This document shows, piece after piece, positions 9,094 through 16,844 of a stretch of 64,000 nt of DNA; positions within the stretch are counted from its first letter, which is position 1, and every line of letters begins with the position of its first letter. A program made the translations under genes and the position numbers. The notes below the pieces were generated by a model. The model was not told the DNA's origin, did no database searches, and saw nothing but the letters and a program-made list of their open reading frames with translations. The stretch comes from Bacteroidales bacterium (GTDB lineage Bacteria > Bacteroidota > Bacteroidia > Bacteroidales > UBA10428): NCBI GenBank assembly GCA_041737295.1, contig JBGSSA010000220.1, forward strand, positions 32,170 to 96,169, written 5' to 3'.

Positions 9094-11277
9094 CTACTTT
9101 TCCCTTTCAATAAGCATACGGGTTGTATATATATGGGTATTGGCACCCCTTGCAATAACCCTGCAGATATACATGCCATCCGCCAGGTTGTAATCACCCG
9201 TCCTCATTGCATATGAGTTATCTCCTGCCGGCTGGTTTATGCTATTGCTGCAAGCAACCCTCTTTCCGTCAATTGTCAGGATTTCTGTCTTTATTTCTGC
9301 ACTTTCTGAAAGGGTATAGGTTACCACAAAATATTCAGTTACAGGATTGGGATAAACCGTGCATTTTTCAATGACTGGCTGATGCAAGCCAGATGGCATC
9401 TCTAAAGTCACTTCAGTGGATGCTCTCTTATTTCCGTCTGCTGACATGGCCGTAATGGTGACCAGTCCGCTACCCAGCGGGGTAACCATACCATCCTGAT
9501 CAACAGTGGCCAGGGCTGTATTACTGCTTTCCCATAAAACACCCTGGTTGGTTGCATTTGCCGGGGTTATCCCTGCTGCGATCTGGGTTTCACCCGATAT
9601 ATTCAGAGTTGAAGGAACCGATATCCCGGTAACTTCAATCTTAGAATTGGCCACCAGGTTAGCCGGCACACTTACCAGCTCAATTCCCTGGTTGTTGCCG
9701 AGATTCCGGCTGTATTGCATATTGGTGGCATCGTTCCAATGTTCATGAACTCCAAGCGATCCCACCGGTGTATGATGATCGGCATTACCGGGATCATACT
9801 GAATTCCCGGCGCCCAATTGGCAGGATCGGCAGCCTGGTGGATATAATCCTGCACACCAACCCAGGTTGGGGACACGTCATCATTATGATCAGCTGAATG
9901 ATTTTCAAATTCATTAAAAAGAAAATCGAAACCGACAGATTCAATGGCAACCGCATCCTGTGAAAGAAACAATGAGGAAGTCCAGTCGTTATTGAAGGGT
10001 GCCATCTGCCACTTTTCAACGGCTCCAAACCAGTCTCTTCCACTCCAGATGGCATCAACAATATAAACCAGCGTATTTTCGCCAAGGTACTTATGTGCCA
10101 TGAAATCAACCAGGTGCCTGTACATACCCATTTTACGGTTAGTTGGATTGTCAGGATAGTCATAATGCAGATACTCACCCATCCCCTGGTTATCAGGATC
10201 CTGGTCAGGTCCGATCACCGAACCCTGGTGATTTTTAGCGGCCAGAGTTATGCCTGCGGATCCGTGTGATTTCATACACGGCATATTGATCAAATAGGAG
10301 GCTTCAATATAAGCTTTTGGGAGCCTCGATTGAAAATTATCATCACTGTTAAAGAAAACATCTTCATCGGTAAGTTCAGTTTGTTCACGCCCATCAGTTC
10401 CCAGTCCCTGAATATAATGAACATTGGGATACCGGGCATGGCACTTATCCCAGTAATCGTCGGAAAAGCCCCTGTAAGGGTCGCCTATGGTAATATCGCC
10501 CTGCGCGATGCCGACTGTATCCACTAATTGCTGAAGAATGGCCAAAGCAAGCTGGGGCGTTGAATTCATGCCTTCTGACAGAGTACCCCACCCGTTTCCC
10601 AAACTTGTAAGATTGAGCTTGATCACAATTTTTTCTCCAGCCTGGTAACCAACCCAGCCCTTTTTATGCGTGTAATTAAAATTTCTGAACAGGATATCCC
10701 AGGCTGCAACGCAGTTTTCCTGGCCGCTGAGACTTTTTAATCCATCCCCAAGCATTTTCCCTGTCACAGCCTGATTGGTGTTTTTGTCCATAAACCAATA
10801 ATCATCGGCCGAGTTGGAACAGTCTTCATTAGTGACATTGTTATCCAAGACCCAGGCCACCCGCCCCGGATGAACACCCCTGGCAATTCCTGCCGGACCG
10901 TCGGCATTCTCAACCATGGCTGAACCTGCTTTATTGGCTGCCTGAGCTATGAATTCATTCCTTGAAAATAAAACTATTGCCGACAGAACAGCAACTACAG
11001 TAAAAAAGAAAGCAGACCAATACCGGGCCAGCAAAATTTTCTCACGTACTTTCCTGAATGCTAACACTGAGCCGCCCAACGACAGGAGATATACCACAAA
11101 ACCACTCATAATGGGCGCTGCAGCTCTCATGCATGGATAAGTTGCTCTTGAAGGCTTTGGAATTACCCGTACCAAAAACCAGAGAAGAGAACCTGTACCG
11201 GTCACCCAAAAAGTAGTCATCGCAATGGTTTTATTCCTTTTTAATAAGGAAGACAGAGCTGAGTAAAAAGCCTTCAT
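9094..11277 (-). CDS. DUF362-like domain protein with Big_2 (bacterial Ig-like) domain and T9SS C-terminal sorting domain
   Basis: I chose the start at 11277 (MKAFYS...), avoiding overlap with the divergent gene. DUF362-type blocks: GEKIVIKLNL...ITIGDP and INMPCMKSHGSAGITLAAKNHQGSV. Big_2 block: GVLWESSNTALATVDQDGMVTPLGSGLVTITA. T9SS CTD: TVYPNPVTEYFVV...GMYICRV. The N-terminus has three hydrophobic segments and the motif PKPSRATYPCMRAAAP. Confidence 0.65.
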   Translation of the reverse strand: MKAFYSALSSLLKRNKTIAMTTFWVTGTGSLLWFLVRVIPKPSRATYPCMRAAAPIMSGFVVYLLSLGGSVLAFRKVREKILLARYWSAFFFTVVAVLSAIVLFSRNEFIAQAANKAGSAMVENADGPAGIARGVHPGRVAWVLDNNVTNEDCSNSADDYWFMDKNTNQAVTGKMLGDGLKSLSGQENCVAAWDILFRNFNYTHKKGWVGYQAGEKIVIKLNLTSLGNGWGTLSEGMNSTPQLALAILQQLVDTVGIAQGDITIGDPYRGFSDDYWDKCHARYPNVHYIQGLGTDGREQTELTDEDVFFNSDDNFQSRLPKAYIEASYLINMPCMKSHGSAGITLAAKNHQGSVIGPDQDPDNQGMGEYLHYDYPDNPTNRKMGMYRHLVDFMAHKYLGENTLVYIVDAIWSGRDWFGAVEKWQMAPFNNDWTSSLFLSQDAVAIESVGFDFLFNEFENHSADHNDDVSPTWVGVQDYIHQAADPANWAPGIQYDPGNADHHTPVGSLGVHEHWNDATNMQYSRNLGNNQGIELVSVPANLVANSKIEVTGISVPSTLNISGETQIAAGITPANATNQGVLWESSNTALATVDQDGMVTPLGSGLVTITAMSADGNKRASTEVTLEMPSGLHQPVIEKCTVYPNPVTEYFVVTYTLSESAEIKTEILTIDGKRVACSNSINQPAGDNSYAMRTGDYNLADGMYICRVIARGANTHIYTTRMLIEREK

Positions 11278-11433
11278 ATTGTGTGTTTTTTTAATAAAGA
11301 AAATGCTGTTAACAATAATACACATACCATTCTATATTCGGAACGCAAGGGGAAAAAATGGTCGATTCAAGCATGGAGATTGGAACATTTGGCACTTTCC
11401 ACCTTGATGAAGTTGGTTAGCTTTAAAACAAAA

Positions 11434-12441
11434 ATGTATATGAGAATTATTACTACTATTTCTGCAGTGTTAATGACTGTGGCTGCTATTTTTAGTGTAT
11501 CAGCCCAAAAAGTAAGATATGAAGCGTTTAAGGCAGTAACGGCGCCTGTCCTCGACGGGACATCAAATGATGAGTGCTGGATTCAGGGCAATTGGAGCCT
11601 GATTGACCAACAGTGGTTCACAGACAGGAACATGCCGGATTCAGCTGATTTTTATGGACGCTATAAAGCTGTATGGACCGCTGAAAAATTGTATTTATTA
11701 CTTGAAATCACCGATGATGTGCTCCTCGATGACATTACAGATCCTCTTGCAGAATACTGGGAAGATGATTGTATTGAGATATTCATAGACGAAGATATGA
11801 GCGGTGGCGATCATAAATGCTGTTCACAGGCATATAATGCCTTTGCCTATCATACCAGTCCGGTTACCCTTGATGCAGTTGATCTTAGTGATGACGGAGA
11901 CTTTGTACCAAAACTTTACAATGATAATTTGGATATCGCGGTTCATTCGACCGGAAACCTGATCACGGTTGAATTAGCAATTTTTCTTTACGATGATACC
12001 TTCAATGAAGATACGGACAATAACCCGGTTGCCCTGGCTGCAAATAAACAGTTAGGATTTTCAATTGCCTATTGTGATGATGACGGTAACGGGCGTGAGG
12101 ATTTCCTCGCAACACAGGCCGGTGGACTTGACAGCTGGATGAATGCGGACTTGTTTGGAGAGTTGTTGCTTGTGGACAGCCCCGTCACCGGTTCAAAAGA
12201 TCATAAGGTCACTGTGATCTATCCCAATCCCGCCAATGGCCGGCTAATAATCCAGGGAAACATTTCAGCCAATCAGAATTATGAGATCATTGACCAGGAA
12301 GGGAAAATTGTAAAAACGATTGAATCTGATATGCAAAGACAAGAACAGGAAATCAGTTTAGAAGGGATGGCAAAAGGAACTTATTTTCTCATGAAAGCAG
12401 GTAATCAAAAAGAACCTGCTTTTAAATTCATTATTTTGTAA
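11434..12441 (+). CDS. CBM9-like carbohydrate-binding protein with T9SS C-terminal domain
   Basis: The start at 11434/11440 gives the signal MYMRIITTISAVLMTVAAIFSVSAQ. The ORF-track start at 11281 would overlap the divergent gene. CBM9-type pattern: VLDGTSNDECW ... AVWTAEKLYLLLEITDD ... WEDDCIEIFIDED. CTD: VIYPNPANGRLIIQG...GTYFLM. Confidence 0.65.
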   Translation: MYMRIITTISAVLMTVAAIFSVSAQKVRYEAFKAVTAPVLDGTSNDECWIQGNWSLIDQQWFTDRNMPDSADFYGRYKAVWTAEKLYLLLEITDDVLLDDITDPLAEYWEDDCIEIFIDEDMSGGDHKCCSQAYNAFAYHTSPVTLDAVDLSDDGDFVPKLYNDNLDIAVHSTGNLITVELAIFLYDDTFNEDTDNNPVALAANKQLGFSIAYCDDDGNGREDFLATQAGGLDSWMNADLFGELLLVDSPVTGSKDHKVTVIYPNPANGRLIIQGNISANQNYEIIDQEGKIVKTIESDMQRQEQEISLEGMAKGTYFLMKAGNQKEPAFKFIIL

Positions 12442-12448
12442 ATGATAT

Positions 12449-14791
12449 TTACATGCGGGCATTTTGTTTCGCCAGCCTGGCATATTCCGCCGAGGATTTC
12501 AAATCTTTGAGACGACTGTATTCAAGAGACAGCCGGTTAAGGATGACCGGATCGTTAATATTTCCGGGAACCAGTTCTTTAAGTGTTTTTCGGGCTTCGC
12601 CCGGAAGATTTTGTGCTATGTAACAATCTGCAAGATTCACATAGGCTTCATAGAATCCCGGGTCGAGTTCAATCGTTTTTGAGAATGCCCTGATTGCCTC
12701 AGGATAAAGGCGAAGGAGAAAAAGTACCCTGCCACAACTGTTGTGGTATCTTTTATTTTCAGGATTCAGGTCGATGCACTTCTGATAACTACCCAATGCT
12801 TCCCTGAATTGCCTGTTACCTTCAAACGATTTTCCAAGGTAATAATAAGACTCTGCATGATTCGGGTTCACTTCAACACATTTCCGGAAATAGCTTTCAG
12901 CCAGCTGAAAGTTTTTCCTGGTCAGGTTATAGCCACCCAGGCTGATTAGCGCTTCAAAATTTTGATTGTTGTATTCCAGGCATGTCATCATCAATTCATT
13001 GGCTTTGTCTGCCTGCTTCAATTGCGCATACCGCATGGCCATCCGCACATAGATTTCAGCTATTTGAATGTTGCTGGTCCCGGCTTTTTTGAAAAAAACT
13101 CCCGCTTCCCTGTTGTTATTCTCCACGATACTGATTTTTCCAAGCTCCTCAAATACCTGCCTGTAACCGGGCAGGATATTCAACGCCAGGGTATAATTCT
13201 CTTTTGCCTTGCTATAATTTTCATCAAGCTGGTACACATAGCCAAGATTAAAATATAAAGAAGCCATTTGGGGTACCTCTTCTTTCAGTTCCGTAAGCGT
13301 TTGAATTATTTTCTTATGCCGTTCCGGAAAGTACTTAATTTGAAACAGTGCATAATTGTACCGGATGAGCCAGTCATGCTGACTCTGAAGAGATTTAATG
13401 TAGCTGGATTCAAGCAAATTTGCATCAACCATGGAATCTGCAAAATTCGTATTGATTTCATGCAGTCTTTCCAGGTCTTCAACATGTGTTAATTGCTGAA
13501 TAAATGGTGCTTTGGTATACCTGAGTGTCACATCCTTAAATATCTCCGATTCTTCATATTCATTGAATGCCAGTTTGCTTTTACAGAATTCAACGGAAGG
13601 TGCCGGTATGGAAGTTGAAAGCCTGAGGGCCTTCTTAACCGCCATGGCAAGATTAACCGCCAATACATAGTTACCCCTGAAATTAAAATGCACGTGCTCA
13701 TAAAAAAGATCATAACCGGGTATGCCATTTTCGGCAGAAGACCTTATAACATTTTCAAAGTCGAGCAGGTGTATCCGGGAGGTATCACTTTCCCTGTAAA
13801 CTTCACGTGTAATACCGTTTATCCTTGTATCTGCCCTGAATCGCAATACATCGTAATCTCTTGCTTTTACAAAATATTTATATGCCATATCAGTGTTTCC
13901 TGCCTTCAGGTATTCGTTTGCCTTTTCAAAGCAAAGATCCGCATCCTGAATAACTCCCAAACTGTCCCTGGAAGTGCCATGCACCGAACCAAAGGGCGCG
14001 CAGTCACGAAGGTTTGAAGCTACAGTGCATAAAATCACCGGGGACTGGCTTTTTTCCGAAGCCTTACACATTCCCCGGAGGTTTTCCCGGTATACCTTAT
14101 AAACATCGTCCAGCCGGGGATCATCCCAGGAAAGTTTATGCTTGAGGTACATTTCCATGCCTTCCCATCTGGCAGGCATTCCGCCCGATTTTCCCAGTTT
14201 TTGTCCGAGCTGCCTGGTGAGTTGCCCCACCCTTGTGGAATTGATGGCAATCGATGTCCTGATTAACCAGGGATCTTTCATGAAAGGAAGAAATGCACTT
14301 GTCGGCCCGTATGGTCCAATTACCTCATTGTTGCCAATATAAAAGATAAACAGGTCGGGATCTTGTTCAGTGCATTCCCTTACAATTGGCAGGATCACAT
14401 TCGAGTTAATGGCGGTAATGGCTGTATTGATGACCTCAAAATTTTTCTCCGGAAATTGCTCTTTTAAGATAGCCTCCAGTATTCTTCCCGCACCATATGA
14501 ATAATCCGGATCACCCATAACCGCTGATTCACCGGCAATAAAAATGCGAAAGGTATTTTTCTCCCTGACCTTATCCATTACGACAGGCATCGGGGTCCTT
14601 ACAAGACGTTCAGAAAAAAATGGAATGGTGTAATCCACATTATTGATCAGCACTTTTTTCCCCTTCAGTTCCTTTTCAATAAAAAATTTGGGAGAAAACC
14701 CTGCACCGGAAATCCTTAATATGCACTCAGTCAGAAATAACAGCATGAGTGTTACCGTAACAATGATCAATATGTCTTTAGCGATTTTCAT
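12449..14791 (-). CDS. Membrane-anchored SGNH-like hydrolase domain fused to C-terminal TPR repeats
   Basis: N-terminal TM segment ILIIVTVTLMLLFLTECIL. FRIFIAGESAVMGDP and IFYIGNNEV resemble SGNH blocks I and III, with GES in place of GDS. The C-terminal half contains repeated TPR-like A..Y/F..A...P patterns (YFNLGYVYQ, YYYLGKSFE, YVNLADCYI). Confidence 0.6.
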   Translation of the reverse strand: MKIAKDILIIVTVTLMLLFLTECILRISGAGFSPKFFIEKELKGKKVLINNVDYTIPFFSERLVRTPMPVVMDKVREKNTFRIFIAGESAVMGDPDYSYGAGRILEAILKEQFPEKNFEVINTAITAINSNVILPIVRECTEQDPDLFIFYIGNNEVIGPYGPTSAFLPFMKDPWLIRTSIAINSTRVGQLTRQLGQKLGKSGGMPARWEGMEMYLKHKLSWDDPRLDDVYKVYRENLRGMCKASEKSQSPVILCTVASNLRDCAPFGSVHGTSRDSLGVIQDADLCFEKANEYLKAGNTDMAYKYFVKARDYDVLRFRADTRINGITREVYRESDTSRIHLLDFENVIRSSAENGIPGYDLFYEHVHFNFRGNYVLAVNLAMAVKKALRLSTSIPAPSVEFCKSKLAFNEYEESEIFKDVTLRYTKAPFIQQLTHVEDLERLHEINTNFADSMVDANLLESSYIKSLQSQHDWLIRYNYALFQIKYFPERHKKIIQTLTELKEEVPQMASLYFNLGYVYQLDENYSKAKENYTLALNILPGYRQVFEELGKISIVENNNREAGVFFKKAGTSNIQIAEIYVRMAMRYAQLKQADKANELMMTCLEYNNQNFEALISLGGYNLTRKNFQLAESYFRKCVEVNPNHAESYYYLGKSFEGNRQFREALGSYQKCIDLNPENKRYHNSCGRVLFLLRLYPEAIRAFSKTIELDPGFYEAYVNLADCYIAQNLPGEARKTLKELVPGNINDPVILNRLSLEYSRLKDLKSSAEYARLAKQNARM

Positions 14792-14802
14792 AACCTCCCT
14801 GG

Positions 14803-16698
14803 TTATTTCTTAACAATTTTTGTTACCATGTTGCCATTCACTGCCAGAATATACATGCCTTTTGCCAGGTTTTCCACGTGCAGGTTAACTTTCTGAGAAC
14901 AGAAAATCCGGTTATATACGCTTTGTCCGGTCAGGTTAACAATGGAAATAGTGTTTCTGCCTTCTAGGTTATCAACAATTAATGAATTATTGAAAACCGT
15001 GGGATAAACCCTGATAGCTGAAAGGGTATTCGGCCTGACAGCTGAAGGGATTATCTTTTGTTCAAACACAGCAAAACCATAATAGTCGGTCCATCCCCAG
15101 TTACGGTTCCATGGTGAATTCCAGCTTGTTATCAGTTCTCTTGAAAGTCCGGTCTGGTTAGCAGAGTCACCCAATATAAACAAATCGCGGTCAGTAGAGT
15201 ATAGGTCAAAATGGATGACCGCATCTTCTCCAGGTTTAATTACATTAGCTCCTGGTACATCAGGAACAAGGATCGAAAATGGGATACGGGCTTCGAAAGT
15301 ATAACCAACACCCTCATTTACGACGGTTTTTGTTGCATACCCCTTATCCTGCCGGTTATCAACACCCATTACCCAACCTCCCCCGGTGATTGTATCTGCA
15401 TAAGCAGTTGGATCAGGCCACATGCGCAACTGGGATGCATAGTCATGTGACCAGGGGCCCTCTGTTACATCGGGTGCAGCAAACAGTGTAAAGAGTTCAA
15501 TATTATCACACCAGTAAGGCTGTGTCTTTGCAAGGGTTCCGTCTTTTTCAGGATAAGTCTGATCCATTACGGCACTGTAAGGGATGAAAGATTCGTCCGT
15601 TACATCAGCAAAGAAATACAGATTTTCGGCATCCCACGCCAGTTTAAAATTAAGCCCGTAATCTGCGGAAGGAGTTAATGGCAGCAGGGAATCAATTGTC
15701 CATGCATTTGTAACATCATTGGTCACGGGAGTGGCCTCAATCTGTGACCAGAAAGGCTCATCCGCTTTTCCATCAATGGTTACAACAGCGCCATCGGGTA
15801 CACCGGGAATATCTATTGTCTTGAGATCCTGGAGTTTTGCTGTCAGCGTTGCTGATCCGTAATAATCCGTAAAGCCCCAGTTACGGTTCCATCGTGAATT
15901 CCAGGCCAATAAATCTTCCCTGAAATGGGGACTTGCCTTATTGTATGAATTATCGAGAATGAGCATATCCCTGTCGGCAGCGTTTAGATCCAGCTGAAAA
16001 ATTGCTCCTTCCACTGGCTGTATAGCTTGTGCCAGCGAATCATCAGGTACAACAACTGAAAAAGGGATTTTTGCTTCAAATGTGTACCCTTCGCCTACAT
16101 TAACAACTGTTTTGGCCTTATACCCTTTTTGCTGCGGATAGTCCACTCCAATTACCCAGCCTCCGCCGGTAATACTATCAGCATAGGCTGTTAAATCGGG
16201 CCACATACGAATTTGCGAGGCGTATGTGAGTATCCAGCCTTCAATATAGTTGTTGGGAGCAAACAGAGTAAATAATTCAAAATTGTCACAATAATTAAAC
16301 TGTGTAGTTTCAATTGTTCCATCCGGGTTGAGGTAAGTCTGATCTTTAACATCACTGTAAGGGATAAATGATTCATCCCTTACTTCAGCAAAGAAATAAA
16401 AATTGGCATCATCATACGCCATTTTCCATTTTACATTAAAGTCGGAATCAGTTAATGAATCCTTCACACAACGCATTTCGTCTATCGTCCAGGCATTTGA
16501 AATGTCGCGGAGGCAACTCTGGAATGGGATAAGCTTCCAGAAGCCTTCGTTCGCCTTTCCGTCAATGGTTACATTAACACCATCAGGCACACCCGGAATA
16601 TTTACAGATTTGCGTAAGGTGTCGTTGCAAACTTGTGTAAAACCTGTGGTGATACCTATAGAAAGCAATGTTGTCAATAATAGAAACTTCCTTTTCAT
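14803..16698 (-). CDS. Double CBM9-like module protein with T9SS C-terminal domain (tandem paralog B)
   Basis: Signal peptide, two internally repeated ~270-aa modules (each IPGVPDG..VTIDGKA.E.FW ... NAWTID ... YFFA.V.DESFIPYS ... CDN.ELFTLFA ... YASQ.RMWPD ... GYTFEA.IPFS ... WNRNWG) and a CTD (IRVYPTVFNNSLIV...GMYILAV). It lies in the SusE/F position downstream of SusCD. Confidence 0.7.
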   Translation of the reverse strand: MKRKFLLLTTLLSIGITTGFTQVCNDTLRKSVNIPGVPDGVNVTIDGKANEGFWKLIPFQSCLRDISNAWTIDEMRCVKDSLTDSDFNVKWKMAYDDANFYFFAEVRDESFIPYSDVKDQTYLNPDGTIETTQFNYCDNFELFTLFAPNNYIEGWILTYASQIRMWPDLTAYADSITGGGWVIGVDYPQQKGYKAKTVVNVGEGYTFEAKIPFSVVVPDDSLAQAIQPVEGAIFQLDLNAADRDMLILDNSYNKASPHFREDLLAWNSRWNRNWGFTDYYGSATLTAKLQDLKTIDIPGVPDGAVVTIDGKADEPFWSQIEATPVTNDVTNAWTIDSLLPLTPSADYGLNFKLAWDAENLYFFADVTDESFIPYSAVMDQTYPEKDGTLAKTQPYWCDNIELFTLFAAPDVTEGPWSHDYASQLRMWPDPTAYADTITGGGWVMGVDNRQDKGYATKTVVNEGVGYTFEARIPFSILVPDVPGANVIKPGEDAVIHFDLYSTDRDLFILGDSANQTGLSRELITSWNSPWNRNWGWTDYYGFAVFEQKIIPSAVRPNTLSAIRVYPTVFNNSLIVDNLEGRNTISIVNLTGQSVYNRIFCSQKVNLHVENLAKGMYILAVNGNMVTKIVKK

Positions 16699-16748
16699 AA
16701 TATGATTGTTACCGTAACAATGATCAATATATCCTTATCGATTTTCAT
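16695..16748 (-). pseudogene. Duplicated fragment of the 5' end of the SGNH/TPR gene, readable as a 17-codon uORF (MKIDKDILIIVTVTIIL*)
   Basis: 16708-16748 matches 14751-14791 at 38 of 41 positions by hand alignment, and the homology extends to 16702 / 14745. The uORF's TGA stop overlaps the ATG of paralog B as ATGA (16695-16698). Confidence 0.7.
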
Positions 16749-16792
16749 CTTTTCAGGAAATAGAATCCGGGATTGAAAAGTACCTGCTTAAT

Positions 16793-16823
16793 ATAAAAAA
16801 GGCCATGTACAAAGTACACAGCC
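16793..16823 (-). terminator. Candidate intrinsic terminator after tandem paralog A
   Basis: Minus-strand RNA GGCUGUGUAC-UUU-GUACAUGGCC forms a 10-bp stem including two G-U pairs (16801-16823), followed by UUUUUUAU (16800-16793). It lies 22 nt after the stop at 16845. Confidence 0.5.
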
Positions 16824-16844
16824 TTTTTTATTAAACCGATCGTG

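Noticed and set aside
9672-10178. 168-aa minus-strand ORF in an alternative frame inside the DUF362/Big_2 gene. Similar long shadow ORFs occur at 45638-46144 (-), 36956-37504 (-), 27735-28214 (-) and 60421-60846 (-).
   Set aside because: All lie entirely within, or antisense to, long ORFs that have clear family motifs. Their translations are low-complexity or unrecognisable. They are typical shadow ORFs.
12437-12453. Palindrome tgtaaat-gat-atttaca covering both stop codons of the convergent genes, as a possible bidirectional terminator.
   Set aside because: The stem is a 7-bp nearly all-A/T stem with no U-tract on either side. It is too weak to call a terminator.
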